Assembly (NCBI GenBank): GCA_002189035.1
Contig: NEEC01000002.1
Span: 310,001-374,000 of the forward strand
Length of the DNA: 64,000 bases
Source: Utricularia gibba
Lineage: Eukaryota; Plantae; Magnoliophyta
Reading direction: 5' to 3'
Within the stretch, counting starts at the first letter, position 1, and every line of letters begins with the position of its first letter. A model generated the notes under the pieces. That model made no database searches. It was not told where the DNA came from and saw only the letters and a list, made by a program, of their open reading frames with translations. Both the position numbers and the translations under genes were made by a program. Shown one piece after another: positions 47,461 to 58,746 of the stretch.

Positions 47461-50400
47461 TCATCGGCGCCTCTTGCTCTGCGCGCCTCGCTCGCTCTCC
47501 GATGCGCGCCTCTTGAAGTGCCTCTCATCATCGCTGCTGCTGTGGCGATCCGCGCTTCTCTTTGTTGCAGCAGTCGCCGCGGCATCGCTAGAAGATGAAA
47601 CCTTTTTCTCCTTGCCGGGCTTGGACTCATGCTCCGGGTAGCTGATGCGCGAGAACACACTGCCCTTGTGTTTCTTGTCGCCATCGGGAGGTGACTCCGA
47701 CCTCCGCTTGTGGCTGTGACTACGCTGGGGGCGCTGATGCTGATCCTGATCTGATGCTTTCTTGGACGCAGGCTCAGGACCTCGTTGACGCCCACTCACG
47801 GGGTCGCGTTCTCGGTCTCGGTCCCGGTCTCGCTCTCTGTCCCGGTCTCGTTCCCGCTCTCGGTCCCGCTCTCGGTTCCGGTCCCGGTCCCGGTCTCGCT
47901 CCCGCTCTCGGTCTCGGTCTCGGTCTCGGTCTCGATCTCGCTCCCGGTCACGGTCTCCCTTGGAGGTAGAAACAGGGAAGTCAACGGCACGGGGATCTCT
48001 GTCGGTCGGGGAACGGTCCTTCCGGTGAGGTGGAGTTTCATGGCCGCGAGAAGCGCCCGGTGGAGATGAGCGACGGGGATGGTCGGACTTGGAAGATTGG
48101 CGATCAGATACCTTCTGCAAAACATTGTATCACACAAGCAGTAAGATCCAACACTTGGTATTCAAATGGTACTTGAACACTTTTAAATTTAATAATTAAC
48201 GTTTTTAACAGAAAGCTTTCAACGTAGGAGCTCAAGCCCTTGCAGAGGAAATGACATGGGAAAGAAACCATTGCGGTGAACTGAACATGCACGAAGAACC
48301 GAATGCTAAACCACGTTTGAGGAACATGTCAAAGGGTCAACTCCAAAAGACCATGGTAACAAAGTCCGGCAGGTGCAGTGTGCAAATAATATAAAGAAGA
48401 AACATACAGATTTTGATCGTGGAGGAACTTCCAATGTGCTGCTCCCTTCTCTTCTGTGATCCCTATCCCTATCTCTATCCCTATCCTTGGGTTGTTCTCT
48501 GTGAACAAGAGTCATTGTCAGTCAGGCACGCACCTTGACTCAGTGAGTCATACATATATGGAACTCGTAACTCTATGCAGCCTCAAGGAAGAAGAAACGA
48601 CTCAAGGACCTACTGTTGGATTTTCAAGCGCAAAGAAGATATGATTCACTAACTTTTCAGCATGCATCTCATTTTCACGTTTCCTTTTTAAATCTGCCTT
48701 GCGAGCTTCGAATTCCTCTCGACTCATAGGTGGCGGCCCCCATTGAATCCTCCCATTGGAAACTCCGCATGATCCCTGAAAATGAAGACAAAGAACTCTG
48801 GTGATTTCTCTTATTACAATAGTGCATAGCTCACATTCTTAAACACCTCTAGTACCCTCTACTTATTCTAATAATCTCCACATTATAGGAATAATGAGGC
48901 ATATGAAGTATGTCACCTTGGAGGAGGAGGAGGACCACCATATTGTAACATATGTGGTGGGATTCCACTGAAAGCGACATCCATGGGACCAACACCATAC
49001 CCCATGTAGGGCACAGGGCCGCCATATGGAGGCATATATCCATCCAAACCTGGCTGAACACCAGGCCAGTATGGGTTAAAAGCAGCAGGGCCCATAGGCA
49101 TCATATAATTCTCGTACAAATGATCTTGGGTCATTGGAGCTCTCCACTGCATCTCTGCAGCTGCAAAGACATAATCATCACAATCCATACACCTATGGCA
49201 CATGCATGAAATTAACAGTGGTGGTTACTTTGGTTAACTTTTCTATTCATGTAACAAGCTGTAACACCACCAACTTCACCATTATAAAACAAAGTAGAGA
49301 AGCCAGTAACACTTTGGAGTGCATAGCATAATTTCTCATGTAGGAATCACGCTGACAAAAAACTACAAAATAATCATGACTTCCTTGAATTTAAGGATCT
49401 AAAATGTTTGACTTAGGGATGATCCAACAGATAGAGAAACTTCTCTAAATTTACACGTTTTTTTTCAAAAGAAAAAATGACTATACATGGCACTCAAACA
49501 AGAGTACTATGTAGAATGCCATACCACCAGGAGGGACACGGGCCTTCTTCTTTTTCTTCTTTTTTCCTTGAGAAGTGTATAACACAGTCAGTGTTCCCAT
49601 GAATCCATTTGCACAAAACAATTAAATGAAACAAGGACAGTAAAATTACCCAACTCCCCAGAAACTGGTTTCTGTTGCACCTCCTCATCAGCCAATGGAG
49701 CACTTCCCTGAGATGCATCTTTGACATTTTTTGAATCATGTGTACCTTCAGATACATCACGCACACCCGGAGCTCGAAAACTCTCTAGTTGTGATGGTCC
49801 TTCTGTGACCTTGCTTACCCCCAACGCACCAGTCAAGAGATCCTCGTTCTTCTGAGATGCCTCAGGTTCTTCCATCCCCTTGTATTCAAAAGACTGTGTA
49901 GGGGATGGAATCTTGGCTTGTGGGTTGCGTGATTCCATGTCTATAACAAAATAAAACCCGCAATGACACCATCATTGGCCAGAATCGGTATAACAATGTC
50001 TAAAGAGAATGATAGAAAAGGAAGATCCCCGCATGGATATGTTATCAAAATGGCATACTTACCCTGTACAAGATATGCACTGCCACCATTTCCACCACTG
50101 TTGGTATTGGATTCCAAAATTCTGTTAATTGTATCCCGCAATGTCTTGTTGGGTAGCAGATCATCAGCAAGAATATTAGTAGCTCCGCATACACAAGCCA
50201 ATTTGGAAATGATGTGGTCACGGATACCTGCATAAGAATGAGATCACGCATTTTAAAATATGATTTCAGAACATAGTGAGCCACAAATAGATCAATAAGC
50301 TTTATATGCCTGTAAACTTACATTTGTCACAGAAGCTAGTAAAACAGCACTTGCTTGTTAGAACGGCATCTTTCATTACTTCCTTACAGAGTGGGCAGTG

Positions 50401-52574
50401 TAGTTCTGGCGGGAGATCACCAATGGCTCGAGTTGATGGCATTCCCTCAATCTCCCTCTCAAAGGCAGCCCTATATAGCACCATGGTAGGTAACTTTAAA
50501 AAAATATGAATGCATACTGATATCAAATCACAAGGATTATGAAAATAATAACTCATTTGGCTTCAAAACTGCAGCAACTCCACTTGGCAGTGCATAAGAG
50601 CCATCGGGTGTAGGTACCAGCATTGACTTAGGAATTCCAGTAGGGGGTTTGACCCTTTTAATATCAAAATTTGGATCACCATTCGTTGGGCAGTGCTGAA
50701 TGAAATGTCCTACCCATTAAAAAAACATACATTAGATGCAATAACCTGTTACCATTAATTAATCTTATGATATATTCATACCAGGAACCTTGCATCTGTG
50801 ACAAATGTAGCCCTGTGGTGGAGTTTTCTTTTCAAATCCACCGCGGCCTGAAGGGATGAATAAACTAACTATAAGGCACATCAATACAGAAATCAAATTG
50901 CCAAGTCACCAGACAGGATTAGAAGAATTCAAAGACAAAGGAACGAAAACAATTTTAACACAGAAAACTGCCAGTATATAAGGGTAGAAGAATCACCAAA
51001 CCCACGGCCACTGACCATCCTTCCACCAATTCCACGTCCAAAACCCCTGCCAGGACCAAAGCCATCGGATATTTGTCTGTGACAAGAAGTTTTAACAGGT
51101 AATTTTCCAAAAAAAAAAAAACACATTGAATGAAAAACGGCAGTGAATTAAAGTCTGCGCACTGTTGCCAATCCAATGCTGGAGTTTCAATTAAAGCTTT
51201 GATCTTGCTCTCCTCATCCTCTTTGCTAACGATTGCCACGTTTGGAACAGGGATGCTCGACATGGCAGGTAGTGTTTCTGGGATTGCATAAAGATCAGTT
51301 CCAAACAAATCGGATTCTAAATCTTCACCCTGCATTAAATAAAGTGTTTCAATTAGCCTGCTGCTTTACTGGAAAACTAATTGACACAAAAAGCAAAATT
51401 TGATTGCAGCTGACAAAAATCGTACAAATTTCATAGCAGATGACTCCGGCACAGGTAGGCTACCATTTATAGCTTCAACAACATCAGTATCTTTTGGCGC
51501 TTTAAGCCTACAGCACCATTTTCAAATAATCAATTCCACATTAACATTTCTAACAGTTGAACTGCAATGCATTACAAGGTCTCTAAAAACATAAGAGTAA
51601 TGGATCCAGAATTACTCTTCTTGCTCAACAATGGATGATGTCGCAGCTAAGGGCCTGCGAGAACGCCCTGGAACTCGGCGTATCAAAACTGATGTATTTT
51701 TCGGAATTAATTGCCCTTCATCGACATAATCTGATATAACAAGAAAATTCAATATAATATGACATTTCATGTGAATTGAAGCAAAAAATTAGAGTTAAAC
51801 TGCAGTGAACATCTAATCATCAATCCTAAAGTTTCGTTACAAAGAAAAAAAAATACTTCGCAACTTAATGTAAACATGCCATCATGGTCAGCACAAAACC
51901 GCACATTAATTTAAAGTGGTGCCGAAGAAACACAGAATCTTCCTAAAAAACTGTGACCCTAGCATCATGGCCCTATGAATACCGTACATGCACTATATAT
52001 ACACATATATAAATATAAAAGCCAGCCTACAAGATATCCTTTTGTCTCGGGATAAATCCTAGTTGAAAATGATACAAAAGAATGCGGAAACTGAAGAAAC
52101 ATTGGAGGATCATTCTTCTCCATCTAATATTATCCAGTTATGTAGAATGATTGATTCTACATGGGCTCAGAACATCAACAGCAACTTAGTTGCAACCATT
52201 CAGTATTAAATTTGAGCATATACGAATCAGCATAGCAGGCATACTAAAGAAAGCAAGAGGTCACCAGCAATTCTCTCGGCTAAACATCAAAGCAGAAAAA
52301 TGCCTGGGTGTAATCTAAACAATTGAACTAAAGGAACGGAATTCCCTAATAAAGCATTTGAAAGAAACATAATTCATTTTATTCTTTTGCTAACAGAGCA
52401 AAACAAACCTTCATTAGTCTGGGCGTTGGTGACAACAAGATCAAAATCCGTTCCTGTGCCCAAATGCTTTAATTCAAATATTTTTTCTTTCAAGTGTCCT
52501 ACAGATATGAAGTGACCGTCGAAGGAAACAGAATCAAAGTCTCTTGCACTTTTAAATTTGTAATACACAGACAT
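47461..52574 (-). CDS. PQT3: DWNN + CCHC + RING E3 ligase (RBBP6/PQT3-like), multi-exon
   Basis: [19 protein letters not shown] domain, zinc knuckle region near 50700-50800, [84 protein letters not shown]-rich tail. -1 shift at 48737-48741. Confidence 0.9.
47800..47950 (-). repeat. Hexamer repeat (GACCGG/GACCGA/GAGCGG) encoding an Arg-Asp/Arg-Glu dipeptide tract
   Basis: [51 protein letters not shown] in the last coding exon. Confidence 0.9.
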
Positions 52575-53562
52575 TTTTCCCTTTCTTTTCAGAATTTTTT
52601 CTTTTTTTTTCTGTGATTTTCCCACTACAAAACCACAAACAACGGCCGTCAATCAACCCAAATGGAAAGGCCTGGCATTTTACTCAAAAGGGAAAAAAAA
52701 TATGACAGGAGTACAACAATAAATCTAGATGAAGTTATAATTTCGTTGATTAAGCAATAATCAATCACTGGGAAACGCCTCCTAATACTCAGGTATCTCC
52801 AGAACGAGGCATCGGGGAACTGCAAAACCAGAACCCCTGCCGAATCTCCAACGAGAGGCCGCGAATTCCTCGAGAGACAGGGAAATTTCTTGAATAATCC
52901 ACGAACACGTCCTCAGTCTTCAGATCTCCGATACACGCCGGAATCAGCAACGACCCCAAAAATTGACTACCCAATGAGAAACCCTCGAAGGAGCATCGAT
53001 AGCAAATCGCCAAATGAGAAACCGTCTGGAAGAAAACGATAAACAGCGAATGACAAGGGGAGATCGGTATTGAGATGGCCAAGGCAACGATAGAATCGAA
53101 GAAGGGGGAGCCCCCAATATAAGATTAGGGTTCCGAGGAGGATGATATAATTGAACCACAGCGTGGCCTCCACGCGTCCACCGCATTGCGGAAACGTGTG
53201 GGCCGTTTGGAAAGCCTTTTTCTCATTATAAATGGACTGGGTTTTTTGTGTAATGATAATGACCACGGCCCAATTACAACTACCAACCACGAATCGTAGG
53301 AAATTGTGGGAAATTGTGCAACGTAGCAACCAAATTAGGCTCCATATTTTTTAAAATGGGTTTCATGTTTTATTTTAAAAATATAAAATATTAATTTAAG
53401 TTAAATAAAACACATTAATGATATATTTCATGAGAAGTAATATTTAATACAAAAAATTAATGTTATTTAAAAAATGAATTTTTATGATATCAAAAACGAC
53501 TTCCGTTTACTTGGCTTATCAAATGTACCCGAACCATGCGGACCAAAGCTATCCAGGAAGTT

Positions 53563-53600
53563 ACGTGTCTTGCGTGGTCCATGCAAAGGGTCCACGTGGC
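53563..53600 (+). promoter_or_regulatory. Seed-maturation cis-element cluster: ABRE, RY, G-box
   Basis: ACGTGTC 53563-53569, CATGCA 53580-53585 and CACGTGGC 53593-53600, about 100-140 bp upstream of the oleosin ATG. Confidence 0.7.
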
Positions 53601-53702
53601 ACCCACCATCTGTCACGCGCCCCCACCGCCATTGCGCTACTTATAGATAGAAACGCCGGCTCCCCTGAATCTCCTACCGTAGGAGTAAAAAAAGAAAGGA
53701 AA

Positions 53703-54085
53703 ATGTCTCTGAGTGTCCAGCAGCGTCAACCGGAGCAGGAGCAGCCACCGCAGACGGTGTCCCGTAAGGTGGCGAAGACGACCACGGCGGTAACCATCGG
53801 AACCTCCTTGATGGTCCTCTCGAGCCTGACGCTCGCTGCGACGGTAATCGGCCTCGCGATCGCGACTCCGCTCCTCGTGATTTTCAGTCCGGTGATAGTG
53901 CCTGCCACGATTTCCGTATTCCTGATTCTCGCCGGATTCCTAGCGTCCGGCGGGTTCACGGCGGTGGCGAGCTTCGTACTGTACTGGATGTATCGCCTTG
54001 TTTCAGGAAAGGGTTAGGGCTCGAAGGATTCCGCGACAAATTAATGGGCCGCGAGGGTAAGGAACAAACTGCCGCCGGGCGCTGA
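53703..54085 (+). CDS. Oleosin (seed oil-body protein)
   Basis: Long hydrophobic hairpin with proline knot PLLVIFSPVIVP. As written it stops at 54017; one extra G at 54011-54013 gives a charged tail LGLEGFRDKLMGREGKEQTAAGR* ending at 54085. Confidence 0.9.
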
Positions 54086-54335
54086 AACCAGGGGACAAAT
54101 CCGTACGGAATGTGACACTATGTTCCCTCTTTCGTTGGAATAATAAATAAGCGGCATGGGTCCATGCCATGGGCATAAAACGACCATTGTACTCCATGAG
54201 GTAGACAGATTAGATTCAATGGGGTTCTTTTCTGTGTACATAAAAAACAAAAAAAACCAAAAAACTCAAAGGAACGAAGACTTCTTGCACCAGAACCAGC
54301 AACAGCAGCAGCAATTGTCGACCCAGAAAGGCAAA

Positions 54336-55488
54336 TCAGGAGGAGAAAAATTTACAGGTTTCATTCAGAAGCAGGGGTACCACGATAGAGAGAATCCATG
54401 TTATGGGGAGCTTCACAGGTCTGTCCTTCAGAAATGCAAGATCGTTGATCGGTGTGAGGAGTAGATGATGATCCAGATCTTCAGCATCACTTTCTTCGGA
54501 TGCCTCTGGGCCGCTTCCATCTTCTGTTTCAGAGAAAAAAAACATGGAACACGTCTCAGCAGGGGGAAAATGGAAGATTTCTAGCAGTTTTCTATTGAAT
54601 ATGAGAGCCATTGCGTAGGAAGAAAGGTAAAAAGTTCAGGAGGCAGGTTAACAAAAATCAGAAGTGATTTTCCCTGTGCAGAATGGATCACCAAAACCGG
54701 GGCATATTAAAGAAAGAAACTTTACTTGCCTGAATAGAGTTTGGTATCAGAGAGATGGCTGATTCTTGTGTTCCGAAGACCTTCAGGGAGAAGACAATTG
54801 CAAAAGGATCCTGTGGCAATAGCAAATCAGGAGCAGTTCTAAATAACACTGCTGTATGTAGCAATAATGTCAATGCTAAGCCCAAGCCTTTTATCTCACC
54901 TAGGCGTGCTAGCCGATTCACCCATCCAGGAATTGATTTTCCAGTAAGTCGTAAGGAAACCTGATCAGTGAAATGGTTGCAGTTTTTGGAGATCAAATGA
55001 TATGTATCTCCATGGAATTCACTGGAGATATGCTCCATGAATGACCGAAATTCAGAAGAAGACATGCCAATGCTGCCCAAAAGAATAGACCGCCTAAACA
55101 TGAAACCAGGGCAGTTTCTTGGTTCTACTTCAAACACACCACTCGTTGGGTATTCATGGGCACCGAAGCCATATTCCATGCCATGAACTGTTCCATGATA
55201 AAGCAGAAGAAAATGATAAAGTCATGAGACAAAGAGGAACTTTTAACTATTCTTAGCCAATCATCAACTGTTGAGCTGTAGGTGGAGGCATTTATCACAC
55301 TTTGTAGAAGATCAATTCAGCATACCTTCAATGCCAGAATGATAGATTCCCAGGCCAATCCAATAGAGATAGTTATTAATGGGTGTAAGGTCATACACAT
55401 TTAAGAACAACATCGCATGTTTTTTCTTTGTATCCTTCTTGTCAGCCGGTGAATCATTGGAAGTGGAAGGAATAGGAGACAATCGCAT
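54336..55488 (-). CDS. DeSI/PPPDE-family thiol peptidase (deSUMOylase-like)
   Basis: LFLNVYDLTPINNYLYWIGLGIYHSGIE|VHGMEYGFGAH, YHLISKNCNHF (catalytic His and NCN), IPGWVNRLARLG|SFCNCLLPE. The exact C-terminus is uncertain. Confidence 0.9.
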
Positions 55489-56624
55489 TGTATTTGAACC
55501 TTCCTCACTGACAACTCGGGAAGTCAAAATTCAGGAGAACAGAAAAATATATTTGTTACACCCAGACCATATTCGCAGGTCCCTGCAAATGAAAGGAAAC
55601 CATGGAAATTCAAGAAATATATCGAGGGGCGATGCATATCAACCGGACAGTAAGACTGATCATATCATGAATTTAGTGACCAACCTGCAGAGTACTTCCC
55701 TTCAACAGGGATCCAAGAAGAAGAAGACCTATCAAATGCAGTAGCGGTTTCTTTGGAACATGAAATGAACCTCAAGGTGATTTATGCTTGGGAAGACTTC
55801 GAAGAAGCAAGTTGCCTGCAGACAACAAATAGATTAGAGAAAAGATACATAGCTCTCTAGCCCAGAAAAGTTGCATGACATTATAATGACTGCCCACGCC
55901 TAAAAGTTGACGCTTGAGACTCTACACATAGATTAGAACAATAGGATTCTTTTCAGTCGAACCCACAAAAGAGTATGAGTTTGCGGCCTCAGTCAACTCA
56001 AAGCGCAATCTAAGTGCACGGCAGTTCTCAAATTCCAAGACTAAAACTCATAGGCAGGTGCTACGCAGAGACTTAACAATGGAGCAAAACAACTATTCGC
56101 CGTATCACGACAAAGCAGCAACAAAATCAATTTATCCACTGAAATCAGCAAGCCGGAATCCACAAAGCCTGCCTACGGTATGCATTAGAAAGAATGAAAG
56201 AGAGGTTGATTCGAAAGAGGTCTCACTGAATAGGATAGATCTGAACTTTTCCTTCTTTAGCTTTTCTTGTTCGACCGGCGTCGGCTTGTCGACACCGGAA
56301 TACAAGTTGCAGCGTTTTTCCTCTAAAGCCCCAAAGGTTCGTCATATTGTCAATGTACCCCGCGTATTTATTTTCTTTTCACATTGAGCCCATTCTCGCG
56401 TCCATTCGTAGACCAGACATTTCAACCTCTGACGCTCCTACAGAATAACGCGGGACGGCAACCAAACACGATGAAGTTCGGCGCCGCCGCAACCATGGAC
56501 GCCGTCAGTCAGCTCTGTTTCGTAATGTCTGGAATCTACGTATACAGATAAAAAAATTCAACGAATACAGATCAAAAAAATTGTCTGTTCCGAGCTTCCC
56601 GAAGGCAACGGGGAAACTGAAATT

Positions 56625-58415
56625 TCATCTTCTTCTTTGTCTTCTACGGCAATCAAAGCATTGGCTACAAGGCAGCTTACTGCCTTCAAGGAGCTTCTGG
56701 GGTTGGACTTTGAGCACCTCCATCAGTATCTGCTGGAGTTTCTCGTTGTCTTCCTTGAGCTTGTCAATCACTACTTGGTGCTTCAACACCTTCATGGATG
56801 AGACTCTCGATCACGATCGCACCATGGTTTTTGAAAGGAGAATGTAACAAGGATTGGGAGCAATGAGCATGCCATAAAACTCAATACAAAGATCATCTTC
56901 TTCTCCCTCGCAAAGGTTTTCACTAGTAACTTGAATAACAAACCACTACTGAGTAGTGTGAAACTTACCATTTGAAGCAAACTTTTTTCCAACTGCAGTG
57001 AACCAGCCTGCGGATGATTCAAAAGTCAGCAGCATCAGAGCACCACTGTTAGATTGTAAACAGTTTTGAAGTTGGCAGATAGATGTCAAAGTAGAATTCT
57101 GAACTGAAAATAGAACTTTGGCTCTAGGACAGCCATGCCTATGCTACAAGGGTTGGTTTTTGTATACCTGCTCTGTAAGGGGGCTGTTGAAAATGGGATC
57201 TTTCAAAAAGTTGTTTAGAATAGCCTCAACTCGGCTGCTGTGCGTATCAGATTCTGAAGTCTCCTGTGAGCCAATTATTAGATTGTCTCTTGAAGTTCCT
57301 CCGGATGCACTCTTTGATGTTGGCTTTATTAACTGAGGATCAGAGGCTCCAACTGAATCTTCACCCTGGGCTTCGTTGCCTATGCTGAGCCCTTGAATGG
57401 AGAAAGTCGAATTCGAGTGGATCCCAAGTTTCATCATGAAATGCTTTGCTACTTCCTTGCAATACGAGATAGATTAAGATCAGCCATGCCAACTTCTAGC
57501 TTGTCTATGCACTCAATAAAGGTCACATGGGTTGATTCCTTACTGCAAGCTCTGATTGAATCTGATGCAGCACACTAGGTTTCACAGAAAGACCTGTTAA
57601 TATTGAAGCAATATCAGCGCAATACAGAAAAATAGAGTACTTCATGCACATTCTTGAATAGTTGAGCATGAAAACAACTGAACACAACCGAAGCCAACCC
57701 AAGGTTTCTTTAATAAGTGGAGATTCAGAACACATACCGACTCCAAATCCATGGCCAAAGCCCACTCCACAGCCAATACCAGCTTCAATATTTTTTGCAC
57801 CGATTTTCCTAAACTAGATGCAGGAAAAATGGTGATCTCTTACTATTCGAATATTTAAGCAAGACTAAGATAGTGCAAACACATACTGTATTATTCAAAG
57901 GTCTTTGCACACCAGAAAATGCATCTGCTGCTCCCCTAGTGGCTAACATAAGTTGATTCAGGACAGGTATTGCGCCTAGTGAGATTCAGATCTTGCATTA
58001 GTCAAAGGTCATACAATGTATGAAATAAAAACACTTCAATCGAATTGCAGAACAATCTTGAAACAACACTCATGGGAACAACACAAAGAAATACAAGAAT
58101 CAAAGAGTTGCAAGAAACGAAGAAGAAACCAGATAGAAACGGAATGAAGGGAACTCGACTACACCAATACTCGCAATTTTCGAGTTCATGAATGAGCTGA
58201 GATCACCAAAAAGTGAAAACAACACAAATAGATTGAAGAAGAGTACCGAGATTCAAAGGGCGACCGACGCCAATGCCAATGCCACAGCCGATACCAAACC
58301 CCGTGAAAACTTGGCCAACTTTTAAAGTGAACGGGTTCTCTAATCGTATACCCCCTTTACCGTTGGCTTCACCGGAAATGATAACTCCTCCACCGCCGCC
58401 GCGTCTGTTTGCCAT
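56625..58415 (-). CDS. Conserved plant Gly-rich protein of unknown function, 7 exons
   Basis: ENPFTLKVGQVFTGFGIGCGIGIGVGRPLNL|GAIPVLNQ..|FRKIGAKNIEAGIGCGVGFGHGFGV|..|VLKHQVVIDKLKEDNEKLQQIL..PCSQCFDCRRRQRRR*. Clean GT-AG joins keep the frame. Confidence 0.8.
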
Positions 58416-58746
58416 CGGTCTCGAGGAAAAATGGAGCCTTTCTCAAAATCAGAACCGAATTCAAACTTCTGAAGGGCCAATTCGATTCGAACCGGCCTAA
58501 CCAGAAAGGAGAAAACTACTCTGAGTCCAACTTGGGAGATGGACTTAAATGGGAACCGTGTCCAAGTTGGACACGTTCGCGAGTCGCACGTTTCTGCACA
58601 TTTTTGTCCGTACAGATTTCTATAAAGAACGGTAAAAGCTTGGAATATCGGATAAAAAAAAAATCCGATCTTTCTTTCCTTACGCGAGTCTTGCATTGTA
58701 CTTCCCTTCGTTAGTGATCGCAGCAGCTCTGAATCATTTGCTCATA

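Noticed and set aside
47691-48137. Alternative-frame ORFs with SVPV, GLGP or ETET repeats
   Set aside because: Frame shadows of the RD/RE hexamer repeat in the PQT3-like gene.
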